A stretch of 57,170 nucleotides of DNA, from NCBI GenBank assembly GCA_040376255.1, contig JBEIQZ010000001.1, positions 1-57,170 of the forward strand, in the 5' to 3' direction. The stretch is from Alphaproteobacteria bacterium. Lineage in GTDB: Bacteria > Myxococcota_A > UBA796 > SXON01. Below are positions 46,411-56,963 of this stretch, in pieces (position 1 is the stretch's first letter; each line of letters opens with the position of its first letter). Below the pieces are notes generated by a model that was not told the DNA's origin, ran no database searches, and saw nothing but the letters and a program-made list of their open reading frames with translations. The position numbers and the translations under genes are program-made.

Positions 46411-47649
46411 CTAAACCCTGCCCGTCCTGGGATTCATATCCTGCAGGTTCACCTCCAGGATCGCCCGCTCATTCGCCTTCGACACCGTGAACGCCCAGTT
46501 CCCCCAGGTCAGCCGCTCCCCCTGCGCCGGGATGTGCCCGAACCGGTCGAGCAGGAACCCGGCGAGCGTCTCATAGTCGCCCTCGGGGATGTTGAAGCCG
46601 GTGGAGGTCTCCAGCCGGGTGAGCTCGATGCGACCGGCGGCGAGCCACTCGCGCTCTCCGACGCGGCGGACGAGGGGGGTGCGGCGGGTGAACTCGTCAT
46701 CGATCTCGCCGACGATCTCTTCGAGGATGTCCTCGACGGAGACCATGCCGATGGCGCCGCCGTACTCGTCCACCACGACGGCGATGCGGGCTTTTTTCTT
46801 GCGGAGCTCGCGGAACAGGACTTCGACGCGCTGGGTCTCCGGGGCGAACATGACGGGCTTCAGCACGGTGGTCACCAGGCTGGAGGACTCGGCGAACAGG
46901 ACGTCCTGGTGGGTGACCACGCCGACGATGCGGTCGACGCGCTTGCGGTAGATGGGGAGGCGGGAGTGGCCGGCCTCGGACATCGCCTGGGCGGCCTCCT
47001 CGCAGGTGGCGGTGTCGGGCAGGGCGACGACCTCGATCAGCGGCACCATGATCCCGGCGACGAGGGTGTCGCTGAAGTCGAACACCCGCTGGATCATCTC
47101 TTTTTCGGCGGCGTGGATGGTGGCGTCGTCGAGGAGCAATTGGATGTCCTCGCGCCGGACGGTGTGGACCTGCGCCTCCTTGATGCCCATCATGCGGAGG
47201 GCCAGCCGCGTCGCGCCCTCCATGAGCCACAGCACCGGGCGCAGCGCGACCATCAGCGCGCCGATGACGGTCCCGACCATCGGGGCCAGCCATGTCGCGT
47301 ACTGGTGGAAGATGCTCTTGGGGATCAGCTCGGCCATGACGATGCTGATCGGGGTGTAGATCGCGACGATGGCGATCTCCGGCACGTCCCAGCGGGAGAG
47401 CAGGTGCGTGAACAGCGTAACGGCGGAGACGGCGAACCCGGCGGTGCCGATCAGGCAGGTGCCGACGAGGAGGGTGGGGTGCTCCAGCAGCCGCAGCACG
47501 CGCTGAGCGGAGGTGTCCCCGTTGTCGGCCCGGTTCTTCAGCACCAGCCGGTCGCTCCCGACCAGCGCGATCTCGGAGCCGGCGAAGAACGCCTGCAGGA
47601 ACATGCAGACGGCGATGAGCAACCCCTCCATCAACACGTCCGGGGTCAT
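46411..47649 (-). CDS. CNNM/CorB-type protein (DUF21 TM domain, CBS pair, CorC_HlyC domain)
   Basis: The domain order was read from the translation. The C-terminus has the typical CorC_HlyC ending. Paralog of the upstream gene. Confidence 0.8.
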   Translation of the reverse strand: MTPDVLMEGLLIAVCMFLQAFFAGSEIALVGSDRLVLKNRADNGDTSAQRVLRLLEHPTLLVGTCLIGTAGFAVSAVTLFTHLLSRWDVPEIAIVAIYTPISIVMAELIPKSIFHQYATWLAPMVGTVIGALMVALRPVLWLMEGATRLALRMMGIKEAQVHTVRREDIQLLLDDATIHAAEKEMIQRVFDFSDTLVAGIMVPLIEVVALPDTATCEEAAQAMSEAGHSRLPIYRKRVDRIVGVVTHQDVLFAESSSLVTTVLKPVMFAPETQRVEVLFRELRKKKARIAVVVDEYGGAIGMVSVEDILEEIVGEIDDEFTRRTPLVRRVGEREWLAAGRIELTRLETSTGFNIPEGDYETLAGFLLDRFGHIPAQGERLTWGNWAFTVSKANERAILEVNLQDMNPRTGRV

Positions 47650-47659
47650 GATCTCTCAC

Positions 47660-48967
47660 TCATGGTTTTTCATCGCGCACGGCGCCCTCCTCCTGGGTCT
47701 CCAGGCTGACCGTCACATCGGTGATCCGGCGACCCTCCACCCCGGTCACCAGGAAGCGCGTCCCGTCCCAGGTGATCTCGTCGCCCTTCTTGGGCGCCTC
47801 GCCGAGCTGGTGGAAGATGAAGCCTGCGAGGGTGTTGTACTCGCCCTCCGGGATGTTGATCCCGACCTTCTCGGTGAAGTCCTCAATGTCGATGGAGGCG
47901 CGCACCGACCAGACGTTGCGCCCGATGCTCCGCACCTCCGGCTCCTCGGCGTCGTTCTCGTCGAGCAATTCCCCCACCAGCTCAGAGAGCAGATCGTCGA
48001 GGGTGATCAGCCCGACCACCGATCCGTGCTCGTCCACCACCATCGCCATGTGCTGGTTGCGCTTGCGGAACTCGCTCAGCAGATCCTGGGCGCGCTTGGA
48101 GGGCGGTACAAACATCGCCGGGTGCAGCATCTTCTGGATCTGACGGGGATCCGGCGTCGGCTGGCCGCGCAGCTTCAGCAGATCCTTGACGTGGAGGATG
48201 CCCGCGACGTTGTCGGGATCGCCCTTGTAGAAGGGGATGCGGCTGTAGCCGGAGGTCCGCAGCACCTCCCACAGCTCCGACCACTCTACAGTCAGGCTCT
48301 CTGAGACGATGTCCGGGCGCGGCGTCATCAGCCGCGAAACCGGCAGATCACCGAAGTCGAACACGCGGTGGATGATCTCCTGCTCGGCAGGCTGGATCAC
48401 GCCGGTCTCGCGCCCCTGATCGATGAGCATGCGGAGCTGCTCCTCCTTGATCTGCTCCGCCTCCTGGTGCGGCTGCACGCCCGCGATCCGGAGCAGCCCG
48501 TCCGCCACCCCCGACAGCAGCCAGCGCAGCGGGCTCACCACCTCGCACCAGAACGCCAGCGGGCGGATCACCACGCGCACCACCGCCCGCGCGAACCGGA
48601 GCCCGAGCGTCTTCGGGATCACGTCCCCGAACATGATGAGGATCGGCGCGACGATCAGGATGTTCAGCCAGGGCGCGTCCGGGGCGATGGCCAGCACCAG
48701 CGAGGCGGAGAGCGTCGTAAGCGTCGCGTTGGAGAGCTCCGCCCCGATCAGCAGCGCCGCCAGCAGCCGCCTGGGCCGCACCAGCAGGTGCCGGAGCGTC
48801 TCCCCGATGGCGGCCTCCTCCTTCAGCGCCTCCCTGTCGATCTTCTGGAGCGAGAAGATCGCCGTCTCAGAGAGCGCGAAGAAGGCGAACACGACGAGCA
48901 TCGCCAGCGATCCGAGCAGCTCCAGCGCGCTCGCGCCCAGGAGGTTCAGGATCTCGCCGGGGCTCAT
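47660..48967 (-). CDS. CNNM/CorB-type protein (DUF21 TM domain, CBS pair, CorC_HlyC domain)
   Basis: Same architecture as its paralog. ATGA overlap with the thiL stop codon. Confidence 0.8.
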   Translation of the reverse strand: MSPGEILNLLGASALELLGSLAMLVVFAFFALSETAIFSLQKIDREALKEEAAIGETLRHLLVRPRRLLAALLIGAELSNATLTTLSASLVLAIAPDAPWLNILIVAPILIMFGDVIPKTLGLRFARAVVRVVIRPLAFWCEVVSPLRWLLSGVADGLLRIAGVQPHQEAEQIKEEQLRMLIDQGRETGVIQPAEQEIIHRVFDFGDLPVSRLMTPRPDIVSESLTVEWSELWEVLRTSGYSRIPFYKGDPDNVAGILHVKDLLKLRGQPTPDPRQIQKMLHPAMFVPPSKRAQDLLSEFRKRNQHMAMVVDEHGSVVGLITLDDLLSELVGELLDENDAEEPEVRSIGRNVWSVRASIDIEDFTEKVGINIPEGEYNTLAGFIFHQLGEAPKKGDEITWDGTRFLVTGVEGRRITDVTVSLETQEEGAVRDEKP

Positions 48968-49905
48968 GCGCCTCCCGGTGTTCGGATCGTTGTCGGGAAG
49001 TGCTCAAACAGAGGCGATGGCCAGCCCGCACCACTCAGCCCGCTGTTCTTCAGCCGCACCGCTCCACCCTCTGTCAACACACCGATCCGGGACAGGTCGA
49101 TCCTCTCCAGCTCTGCCAGAGAGCGTAGCTCATTTTCCCGCTCCGGGGGAACCGTCAGCAGCAATTCGTAGTCTTCACCGAACGAAGTCTTCCAGTTCAA
49201 AGCACGGTCGCCAGGTATTTTGTCTGCTTCTATATCAGCCCCGCACCCGCTGGCAGCGCAGAGCCGCCGTAGATCCCGGCACAGCCCGTCCGACAGATCC
49301 ATCATCGCCCCCGCGATCCCGGCCACCGCCGCCCCGAACCGCACCGGCGGCTCAGGCCGCCTGAGCCACGCGAGCGCCGCCGGTCGCGGAGCCGCCGCCA
49401 GGAACCCCTCCGCCGCGCGCCCCGCCTCCCCGGTCATCCACACCCCGTCCCCCGGCCGCCCGCCGGATCGCCGCACCGCCCGCCGCGCGTACCCGCCCAC
49501 CGTCAGCGCCGCGAACCGCGCCGGGCCGCGCGTCGTGTCGCCGCCGATCAATTGCAGATCCCAGCGGCGGCAGGCCGCCGCCAGCCCCCCGATGAACCCC
49601 TCCGCCCAGGCCCGATCCAGCGGCGCCGGGAGCGACAGGTTCAGCAGCGCCCAGGACGGCACCGCCCCCATCGCCCCCAGATCCGAGACGTTCACCGCCA
49701 CCAGCTTCCACCCGACGTCCTCCGCCGACAGCCGCCCGTCCCAGTGGACGCCCTCCACCATCGTGTCCGTCGACAGCACCGGCGTCCCTGCGCCCGGCGG
49801 CGGCACCGCGCCGTCATCCCCGATGCCCAGCGGCGCGGCGCCCGGCACGCGCCTGCAGATCTGGTCGATCAGCCACTGTTCGTCGTCCTGCTCCACGGCG
49901 GTCAC
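48964..49905 (-). CDS. thiL: Thiamine-monophosphate kinase
   Basis: Contains GIGDDGAV, STDTMVEGVHW, KLVAVNVSDLGAMGA, GGDTT and DLSDGL. GTG 49905 overlaps the upstream stop codon (GTGA). Confidence 0.85.
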   Translation of the reverse strand: MTAVEQDDEQWLIDQICRRVPGAAPLGIGDDGAVPPPGAGTPVLSTDTMVEGVHWDGRLSAEDVGWKLVAVNVSDLGAMGAVPSWALLNLSLPAPLDRAWAEGFIGGLAAACRRWDLQLIGGDTTRGPARFAALTVGGYARRAVRRSGGRPGDGVWMTGEAGRAAEGFLAAAPRPAALAWLRRPEPPVRFGAAVAGIAGAMMDLSDGLCRDLRRLCAASGCGADIEADKIPGDRALNWKTSFGEDYELLLTVPPERENELRSLAELERIDLSRIGVLTEGGAVRLKNSGLSGAGWPSPLFEHFPTTIRTPGGA

Positions 49906-51887
49906 TGCTCCGGCGGCGCCCACACCGGCAGCGGCTCGATCCCGCCGGAGGTGATCGTCAGCAGCCGCCAGCTCCGGCTCCACTGCCGATCCGCGCCCAT
50001 CGTCAGCATCCCGGTGAGCGGCTGCTTGAGCTGGGCCAGCCGCAGCGCCTCGTCCGGCAGCTCAGCGCGCCCCGCCGCCGCCGCCGCGAGCCGGACGCTG
50101 TCGTAGCCGACCGCCTCGACCAGCGTGGGCATCGCGCCGACCTTGCCCTTGTAGGCGTCGATGAAGCCGCCCACCACCGGATCGTCGACGTCCTCATAGA
50201 AGGCGTCGATGAAGATGCTGTCCTGCACGTATTGTCCGCCGCGACGGACCAATTCCGGGTTGTGCCAGCCGTTGAGCCCGATCAGCGTGATCGGCCCGCT
50301 GCGGCCCCGGAAGCGGCCCACCGACAGATCCTCAAACGCCAGCGCCGAGGCGATCAGCGCCACCCGCTGGTAGGCGTCGGGGATGAACAGCGCGTCCAGC
50401 ACCTCCCCCGCGAGCGCCGTCTTCAGCGCCACCGCCGTCTTGCGGAAGTCCACCGAGGTCGTCTCATAGGCGACGGCCGCCACCGGCGCCGTCCCCTTCG
50501 CCTTCAAGGCCGCCACGAACGCCGCCCGCGCCGTCTCCCCGTAGTTGTTCTTCGGGTACAGCACCCCGTACCGCCGCATCGCGCGCACGTCCCAGGTCTC
50601 GCGGAGCAGGCCGTTGATGAGCTGGTTGGTCGAAGGGTAGGCCCGGAACACCTGATCCCCCGCCGCCGCCACGTCCTCCCACGAGGTCAGCGCCACCATC
50701 GGCAGGTGCATCGCCTGCGCCATCGGCGCGCACTGCTGCGCCTCCTCCTTGAGCAGCGGCCCGATCACCATCGCGGCCCCCTGCTTCAAGAACGCCTCCT
50801 CCAGCTTGCCGGTGCAGGTCGTCCCGCTGCCAGCCGTGTCGTAGAACACCAGCTCCAGCCCGCTCCCCGCCGCCGCCAGCTCCATCGCCACCCGCAGGTT
50901 GCGCCCCGCCGGGGCCCACGTCCCGCTCTGCGGCAGCAGCACCGCCACCCGGCTCCGCTTCGGCCAGACCCCCGCCGCCGCCCGCTTCTGCGCCCAGCCG
51001 GCCTCCGCCGCGTAGGGAGATCCGGCCAGCTCAGCGGTGAACCGCCCTGCCTCCTGGAGCACCGTCGCCGCGTCCCCCTTCCATACCGCCGCCCGCAGGG
51101 CCTCAATCGCCAGCTGATCGGGCGGGCCGAGCGGCTCCTCTCCCGCTGCAGGCTGCCCTTCCGGCTTCACGGCGGTCTGGCCGCCGGGCTGCTCTGCTCC
51201 GGGCGCGGCCTTCCCGCCCTTGTCAGGGCGGGTCTTCAGGACCGGACGCATCGAGGTCGATGTGGCGGCCGGAGCGGTCGCCGCTGCAGCCGGAGCGGGG
51301 GTCGCCACCTGCGCCGCCGGAGATCCGATGCCGAGCCTTCCCAATTCCCGGCTGACGCGCCGCTGGACGGCCTCATCAGAGGCTGCGTAGGCGCGGGCCT
51401 TCTTCGCCCAGATCAGCATCTCCTCCTCCGGCGCGTGTTCGCGCAGGCCGGCAGACACGAGCGCGAGGAAGCGATCCGCGTTGAGGGTGTCGGGGACCGA
51501 ATCCTCGCTCAGGTAGGTGAGGGTGGCGAGGATGTTCCCGCCGGGGTTCCCGGCCCCGTCGATCAGCGCGAGCCCGAGGCGGGCGGCGTTGGCGGCGCCG
51601 GGATCGGCGCTGCCGGTGGCGACGCGCTCAAACTGCTGGCGCGCCAGCACCGGCTCCCCGGCCAGACGCAGGCTCTCAGCCAGGTAGAGCCGGATCCAGA
51701 GCTGATCTGCGCTGCTCAGGCCGCGCTGCCCGAGGGCGGCTTCGAGCTGATCGGCTGCAGCGCGCGCGTCCGGCGCCTCCAGCGCCCGGGCGACCGCCTC
51801 CGGCAGGGCGCTCCCCCACGCCGTCCCGGCGGCCAGCCCCGCCCACAGCAGGCCCGCCGCCAGCAGTCCCTTCAAAAAGCTGCTCAT
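49902..51887 (-). CDS. Exported TPR-like N-domain plus type-I periplasmic-binding-fold protein (LpoA-like / LivK-like architecture)
   Basis: Signal peptide MSSFLKGLLAAGLLWAGLAAGTAWG, an Ala/Pro-rich linker, then VAVLLPQSGTWAPAGRNLRVAMELA...VIGPLL, a PBP type-I pattern. ATGA overlap with the dnaJ stop codon. Confidence 0.6.
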   Translation of the reverse strand: MSSFLKGLLAAGLLWAGLAAGTAWGSALPEAVARALEAPDARAAADQLEAALGQRGLSSADQLWIRLYLAESLRLAGEPVLARQQFERVATGSADPGAANAARLGLALIDGAGNPGGNILATLTYLSEDSVPDTLNADRFLALVSAGLREHAPEEEMLIWAKKARAYAASDEAVQRRVSRELGRLGIGSPAAQVATPAPAAAATAPAATSTSMRPVLKTRPDKGGKAAPGAEQPGGQTAVKPEGQPAAGEEPLGPPDQLAIEALRAAVWKGDAATVLQEAGRFTAELAGSPYAAEAGWAQKRAAAGVWPKRSRVAVLLPQSGTWAPAGRNLRVAMELAAAGSGLELVFYDTAGSGTTCTGKLEEAFLKQGAAMVIGPLLKEEAQQCAPMAQAMHLPMVALTSWEDVAAAGDQVFRAYPSTNQLINGLLRETWDVRAMRRYGVLYPKNNYGETARAAFVAALKAKGTAPVAAVAYETTSVDFRKTAVALKTALAGEVLDALFIPDAYQRVALIASALAFEDLSVGRFRGRSGPITLIGLNGWHNPELVRRGGQYVQDSIFIDAFYEDVDDPVVGGFIDAYKGKVGAMPTLVEAVGYDSVRLAAAAAGRAELPDEALRLAQLKQPLTGMLTMGADRQWSRSWRLLTITSGGIEPLPVWAPPEQ

Positions 51888-53005
51888 TTTTCTGCCTCTC
51901 TGCCGGTCTCTCTGCCGGTCTCTCTGCCGGTCTCCTGCGCCACCCGATCGAGGAAGTCCCGCCGCTGCGGGTGGACCTCCGGGCCGAGCTGCGTCGAGAG
52001 CGCCTGGAGCGCGGCGCGCTGGACAGCGCTCAGCCCGGTCGGCACCTCCACCATCACCCGTACATGGAGATCGCCGCGCCCGCTCCCGCCGAGCGTCGCC
52101 ATCCCGCGCCCGGGCAGCCGGAACGACTTGCCGGAGGCGGTGGAGGGCGGGATGCGGATCACGCTGCTGCCGTCGAGGGTCGGGACGCGGAGATCCACGC
52201 CCAGCACCGCCTCCGCGTAGGTGATCGGGATCTCACAGAGGAGATCCGCGCCGCGCCGCCGGAACAGCGGGTGATCCTCGATGGCGATCACCACATAGAG
52301 ATCGCCCGGGCTCCCCGCCTGCCCCTCCGGGCCGCTGCCCTCGTGCCCCTTGCCCTTCAGCTTCAATTTCTGTCCCGTCGCCACCCCTGCAGGAACCTTG
52401 ACCTTCAGGTTGTCTTCCGACAGGATCAGCCCCTGCCCGCTGCAGGGATCGCACTTGCCCGCGCCCTGGTAGCCCCGGCCGGTGCAGTGCGGGCAGTCAG
52501 AGCGCAAAAACCGCCGGGTCGGTGACTTCCCGCTGCCGCCGCAGGCGGCGCAGGGCGCCCGGTTCTCCTGCGCGTCGCCGGTGCCGTGGCACCGCCCGCA
52601 GCGCTGCTGCCGGTGGATCGTGACGCGCCGCTCCACCCCGGTCGCCGCCTCCCGCAGCGGCAGGGTGACGGTGTAGCGGATGTCCTCGCCGTTCCGTGCC
52701 CCCGCCTTCCGCCCGAACAGGGAGCCGAGCGTGTCGCGCAGGAACTCGTTGAGCTCCTCCGGAGAAGGGGGGCGGCCCGACGCGGTGTACATCGGCCCCA
52801 TGCGGTCATAGCGGGCGCGCTGCTCCGGATCGCCCAGCACCTCCCACGCCTCCGCCACCTCGCGGAACCGCTGCTCCGCCCGGGCGTCGCCAGGGTTCCG
52901 GTCGGGGTGGAGCTGCTTCGCCAGATCGCGGAACGCCTTGCGGATGTCGTCTGGATTCGCGTCTTTCCGGACGCCGAGGATCGCGTAATAGTCCTTGCGG
53001 GCCAA
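51884..53005 (-). CDS. dnaJ: Molecular chaperone DnaJ
   Basis: The TTG 53005 start gives (M)ARKDYYAILGV...HPDRNPGD (J domain). Four CxxCxGxG zinc-finger repeats. C-terminal ETGRETGRETGRE repeat. Confidence 0.92.
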   Translation of the reverse strand: MARKDYYAILGVRKDANPDDIRKAFRDLAKQLHPDRNPGDARAEQRFREVAEAWEVLGDPEQRARYDRMGPMYTASGRPPSPEELNEFLRDTLGSLFGRKAGARNGEDIRYTVTLPLREAATGVERRVTIHRQQRCGRCHGTGDAQENRAPCAACGGSGKSPTRRFLRSDCPHCTGRGYQGAGKCDPCSGQGLILSEDNLKVKVPAGVATGQKLKLKGKGHEGSGPEGQAGSPGDLYVVIAIEDHPLFRRRGADLLCEIPITYAEAVLGVDLRVPTLDGSSVIRIPPSTASGKSFRLPGRGMATLGGSGRGDLHVRVMVEVPTGLSAVQRAALQALSTQLGPEVHPQRRDFLDRVAQETGRETGRETGREAEK

Positions 53006-53006
53006 G

Positions 53007-54869
53007 CTATTTCTCGTCGTCGACCAGATCGCCGCCGAGGCCCAGCGGTGAGCTGCCCGCGTCGGCGGCGACCGCCGCATAGATGGCCTCTGCCAGCGTC
53101 TGGCCTGCCCCCGCCAGCTCATCATGCGCCCGCACGATGATCGCCGGGTTGCCGGAGTCGAGCGACTCCTCCGCCCGGTTCAGGACGGCGAGCAGCGCGG
53201 CCCGATCCTCGCCCTTCAGCGCGGCCCCGAACTCCTCCAGGCTCCGGCGCGTGGAGTAGATCAGCCCGTCCAGCCGGTTCCGCGCCTCCGCCGCATCCTT
53301 CCGGAGCTTGTCCTGATCGCGGAAGGCGTCAGCGTCCTGCACCATCTGGTGGATGTCCGCCTCAGACAGCCCGGAGTCGGAGACGATCCGCATCGACTGC
53401 GCGCGACCGGTCCCCTGATCGTTGGCGTGGACGTGCAGGATGCCGTTGGAGTCGATCTCGAACGTCACCTTGATCGCCGGTACGCCGCGCGGGACCGGCG
53501 GGAGCCCGTGCAGCTCCAGGAAGCCCAGCGACTTGTTGTCCGCCGCCATCTCGCGCTCCCCCTGGAGGATGTGGACGCGCACCATGTCCTGCCGATCCTG
53601 GGCGGTGGTGAAGATGTTGAACTTCTTGCACGGGATCGTGGTGTTTCGCGGGATGATCGGCTCGAAGATGCCACCCGCCGTCTCGATCCCCAGCGAGAGC
53701 GGGGTCACGTCCAGCAGCAACACGTCCTTCACATCGCCCCGCAGCACCGATCCCTGGATCGCGGCGCCCACCGCCACCACCTCGTCCGGGTTGATCCCGC
53801 GCTCCGGATCCATCCCGAACAGCTCCCGCACCCGCTCCTGCACGCGCGGCATCCGGGTCATGCCCCCCACCAGCAGCACTGCGTTCAGATCCGATGCCCG
53901 CAGCTTCGCGTCGGCGAGCGCCCGCTGGCAGGGATCGGCCAGCCGCTCGATCAGATCCGCCACCAGCTCCTCCAGCCGATCCCGGCTCAGCTCCGCCACG
54001 AGGTGCTGAGGCCCGTCGGCGGTCATCGCGATGAACGGCAGGTGGATCTCAGTCTCAGTAGCCACAGACAGCTCGTGCTTGGCCTTCTCCGCCGCCTCCT
54101 TGACGCGCTGCATCGCCACCGCATCGCCCCGCAGGCTCACCCCGGTCTCCTCCTCGAACTGCTGGAGCAGCCAGTCCGCGATCCGGTTGTCGAAGTCCTC
54201 GCCGCCCAGAAAGGTGTCGCCGTTGGTGGAGCGCACCTCGAACACGCCGTTCTCGATCACCAGGATCGAGACGTCGAACGTCCCGCCGCCCAGATCGAAC
54301 ACCGCCACCTTCTCGTGTCCCTTCTTGCCGAGCCCGTAGGCGAGCGCCGCCGCTGTCGGCTCGTTGATGATCCGCAGCACCTCCAGCCCCGCGATCCGGC
54401 CCGCGTCCTTCGTCGCCTGCCGCTGCGCGTCGTTGAAGTAGGCGGGGACGGTGATCACCGCCTCCTGCACCGGCTCACCGAGGTATGCCTCTGCGGTGGC
54501 CTTCATCTTCTCAAGAATGATCGCGGAGATCTGCTGCGGTGACCACGTCTGCCCGTCCGCCTCGATCCAGGCGTCCCCATTCGAAGACTCAGTGATGCCG
54601 TAGGCGACCATAGACTTCGTGCGATCGACCTCGGCGTCCCCGTAGCGGCGTCCGATCAGGCGCTTGGCGACGTAGATGGTGCGGCGCGGGTTGGTGACCG
54701 CCTGACGGCGGGCGACCTGCCCGACGAGCCGGTCGCCGTCCTTGAACGCCACGACCGACGGGGTCGTGCGGCTGCCCTCTTCGTTGGGGATCACCAGCGG
54801 ATCGCCGTGCTCCATGATGGAGACACAGGAATTTGTCGTGCCCAGATCGATCCCAATCACCTTTGCCAT
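53007..54869 (-). CDS. dnaK: Molecular chaperone DnaK (Hsp70)
   Basis: [16 protein letters not shown] and [10 protein letters not shown]. 620 aa. Confidence 0.98.
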   Translation of the reverse strand: MAKVIGIDLGTTNSCVSIMEHGDPLVIPNEEGSRTTPSVVAFKDGDRLVGQVARRQAVTNPRRTIYVAKRLIGRRYGDAEVDRTKSMVAYGITESSNGDAWIEADGQTWSPQQISAIILEKMKATAEAYLGEPVQEAVITVPAYFNDAQRQATKDAGRIAGLEVLRIINEPTAAALAYGLGKKGHEKVAVFDLGGGTFDVSILVIENGVFEVRSTNGDTFLGGEDFDNRIADWLLQQFEEETGVSLRGDAVAMQRVKEAAEKAKHELSVATETEIHLPFIAMTADGPQHLVAELSRDRLEELVADLIERLADPCQRALADAKLRASDLNAVLLVGGMTRMPRVQERVRELFGMDPERGINPDEVVAVGAAIQGSVLRGDVKDVLLLDVTPLSLGIETAGGIFEPIIPRNTTIPCKKFNIFTTAQDRQDMVRVHILQGEREMAADNKSLGFLELHGLPPVPRGVPAIKVTFEIDSNGILHVHANDQGTGRAQSMRIVSDSGLSEADIHQMVQDADAFRDQDKLRKDAAEARNRLDGLIYSTRRSLEEFGAALKGEDRAALLAVLNRAEESLDSGNPAIIVRAHDELAGAGQTLAEAIYAAVAADAGSSPLGLGGDLVDDEK

Positions 54870-54927
54870 CGTCGTTCTCCGTACGCGTCTGTCCTGTCCG
54901 TGTAATCGTCTTTTCCCGGCTTGTCCG

Positions 54928-55851
54928 CTATGCCGCCGCAGCTACTACCACGCGCGCCGGCCGGATCAGCCGCCCCTTCAACCGGAAACCCGCTGAGACC
55001 TCCTCGACGACGCTGCCCTCCGGCAATTCCGCGTGCGGCATGTGCAGGATGGCTTCATGGATCTCCGGATCAAAGGGCAGCCCCTTCGCCGCCTCCACCC
55101 GCTCCGCTCCCGCGCGCTTCAGCAGCTTGTTGTACTGATCGAGGATCATCTTCAGCCCGTCCAGCACCTTCGCCGGATCGCGCCCCGCGTCCCGGACCGC
55201 GTGGTTGAACGCCCGCTCCAGGTTATCGACGACGTCCAGGAAGGGCTTGATCGCGCGCTCCTCCGCCACCCGCTCCGCCTCCTCCCGATCCTTGCGCTGA
55301 CGCTGGCGGCTCATCTCAAACTCTGAGAGCTTCTCTTCCAGGTTGCTCCGAAGCTTCTCAGCCTGTCCGCGCAGATCGTCCCGCTCGTCACGGACCTGCT
55401 TCAGCTCCTTCTCCAGCCGCCGGATGCGGTCGGTCTGCTCCAATTGCCGCATCAGCCAGCGCTGGCGCTCCTCCGCCGGAAACGCCGGCTGTGAAGGGGG
55501 CCGGGATGTGGAAGCCGGAGCGGAAGCCGGGGTCGCAGCCGGGGGCGCAGCGGGCGCGACCTCCGGCGGCTCCGCGCCGCGTGCGTCCTGCAGCTCCGCC
55601 CCGTTCCCGTCCTGCACCTTCGCCGGGACAGGCCCGGCGCGTCCGGCCAGATCCGGCGCGTCCAGCTCCAGATCGATGATGACCTCTCCGGGGCGATCAG
55701 CGGCCGGAGCCGCCCGGCGTGTGTTCCGATCCACTGAGTCCATCGCCTCCTGCAGGAGGGAGCTGTCAATCTCCAGAGAGAGGTCTGAATCAGATCGGGA
55801 GCCTGGCATGTACCTGTCCGTCGTTCGGGAGACGATAGCGTATCTGTTCAC
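54928..55851 (-). CDS. grpE: Nucleotide exchange factor GrpE with an extended N-terminal region
   Basis: Coiled-coil region plus [11 protein letters not shown]...FDPEIHEAI...[19 protein letters not shown] 55851 overlaps the hemW stop codon (GTGA). ATG 55809 is an alternative start. Confidence 0.9.
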   Translation of the reverse strand: MNRYAIVSRTTDRYMPGSRSDSDLSLEIDSSLLQEAMDSVDRNTRRAAPAADRPGEVIIDLELDAPDLAGRAGPVPAKVQDGNGAELQDARGAEPPEVAPAAPPAATPASAPASTSRPPSQPAFPAEERQRWLMRQLEQTDRIRRLEKELKQVRDERDDLRGQAEKLRSNLEEKLSEFEMSRQRQRKDREEAERVAEERAIKPFLDVVDNLERAFNHAVRDAGRDPAKVLDGLKMILDQYNKLLKRAGAERVEAAKGLPFDPEIHEAILHMPHAELPEGSVVEEVSAGFRLKGRLIRPARVVVAAAA

Positions 55852-56963
55852 AGAATGGAAGCAGCCCAGAGCGCCTTAGCAATTGAATCAGCAACTGGAA
55901 AACCAGCCTCTGACAGTCCGATCCGATCATCCGTTTCCCACACCAGCCGGTGCTGCAGGAGCGCCCCGGGGACCACCAGGCGCCGCCCGCACATGCGCCG
56001 ATAGCGCGCCCGATCCAGCCCCTCGACGATCCGCAGCCCGCTCCACAGCAGATCCCACCCCAGCAGCGGATCATGGATCGGGCCGATCTCAGCCGCCGGA
56101 TGGCGCAGATAGCCGTCCACCGTGTCCGGGTTGACCGTCCGCTGCCCGCTCCGGAGGAAGCCGTGCGCGCCCGCGCCGAGGCCCGCCCACGGGTTCGCCA
56201 ACCAGTAGTGACGGTTATGCACGGATCGGTGTCCGGGGCGCGCGAAGTTGCTGACCTCATAGCGGCGCAGCCCGGCCTCCTCCAGCCGCGTCACCGCCCC
56301 CGCATACATCTCTGACCACTGATCCTCGTCCGCCGCCCCCATGTCCCGCACCAGCCGCTCACCCAGCCGCCCGAAGGCCGTCCCCTCCTCCTGAGTCAGC
56401 CCGTAGAGCGAGAGGTGATCCACCCCGAGCGCCACCGCCTCCGCGATGTCGGCCCACAGCCCCTCCCCGGTCTGCCCCGGCCCGCCGAAGATGAGATCGA
56501 CGCTTATTGAGTCGAAGCCTGTCCTCTGCGCCTCCCGCACCGCCGCCGCCGCCGCCCGGCTCCCGCGCCGCCGCCCCAGCCGGCCGCCCGTCTCCTCCGA
56601 GAAGCTCTGGACGCCGATGGACAGCCGGTTGATCCCCGCCGCCCGGTAGTCCGCCAGCCGACCGTCGCAGTCCTCCGGGTTGGCCTCCATGCTCACCTCC
56701 GCGCCCGGACGCAGCGGGAACGCCCGCACCAGCCGCTCCACCTCTTCAGGGGGTGTGCGCGAGGGCGTGCCGCCGCCGAAGTAGAGCGTGTCCGCCAGCC
56801 CCTCCGCAGCGAACAGCGGCGCCAGCGCAGACCACTGCTCCAGCACCGCGCCGGTGTACTCCCGGTGCGGCGGCTGCGGGCGCGCATCCACCACGAAGGC
56901 GCAGTAGGGGCAGCGGTAACGACAGAAAGGGAGGTGGACATAGATCCCCCAGGAACCGTCCAC
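55848..56963 (-). CDS. hemW: Radical SAM heme chaperone HemW (HemN-like, oxygen-independent coproporphyrinogen oxidase family)
   Basis: IYVHLPFCRYRCPYCAF (CxxxCxxC) and LYFGGGTPS. The start is uncertain: GTG 56963, TTG 56987 and CTG 56999 are all in frame. The track ORF start at 57134 would overlap ssb. Confidence 0.8.
   Translation of the reverse strand: MDGSWGIYVHLPFCRYRCPYCAFVVDARPQPPHREYTGAVLEQWSALAPLFAAEGLADTLYFGGGTPSRTPPEEVERLVRAFPLRPGAEVSMEANPEDCDGRLADYRAAGINRLSIGVQSFSEETGGRLGRRRGSRAAAAAVREAQRTGFDSISVDLIFGGPGQTGEGLWADIAEAVALGVDHLSLYGLTQEEGTAFGRLGERLVRDMGAADEDQWSEMYAGAVTRLEEAGLRRYEVSNFARPGHRSVHNRHYWLANPWAGLGAGAHGFLRSGQRTVNPDTVDGYLRHPAAEIGPIHDPLLGWDLLWSGLRIVEGLDRARYRRMCGRRLVVPGALLQHRLVWETDDRIGLSEAGFPVADSIAKALWAASIL

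Noticed and set aside
50232-52220. 662-aa plus-strand ORF
   Set aside because: It is antisense to the LpoA-like gene and the dnaJ 3' end, with a shadow composition.
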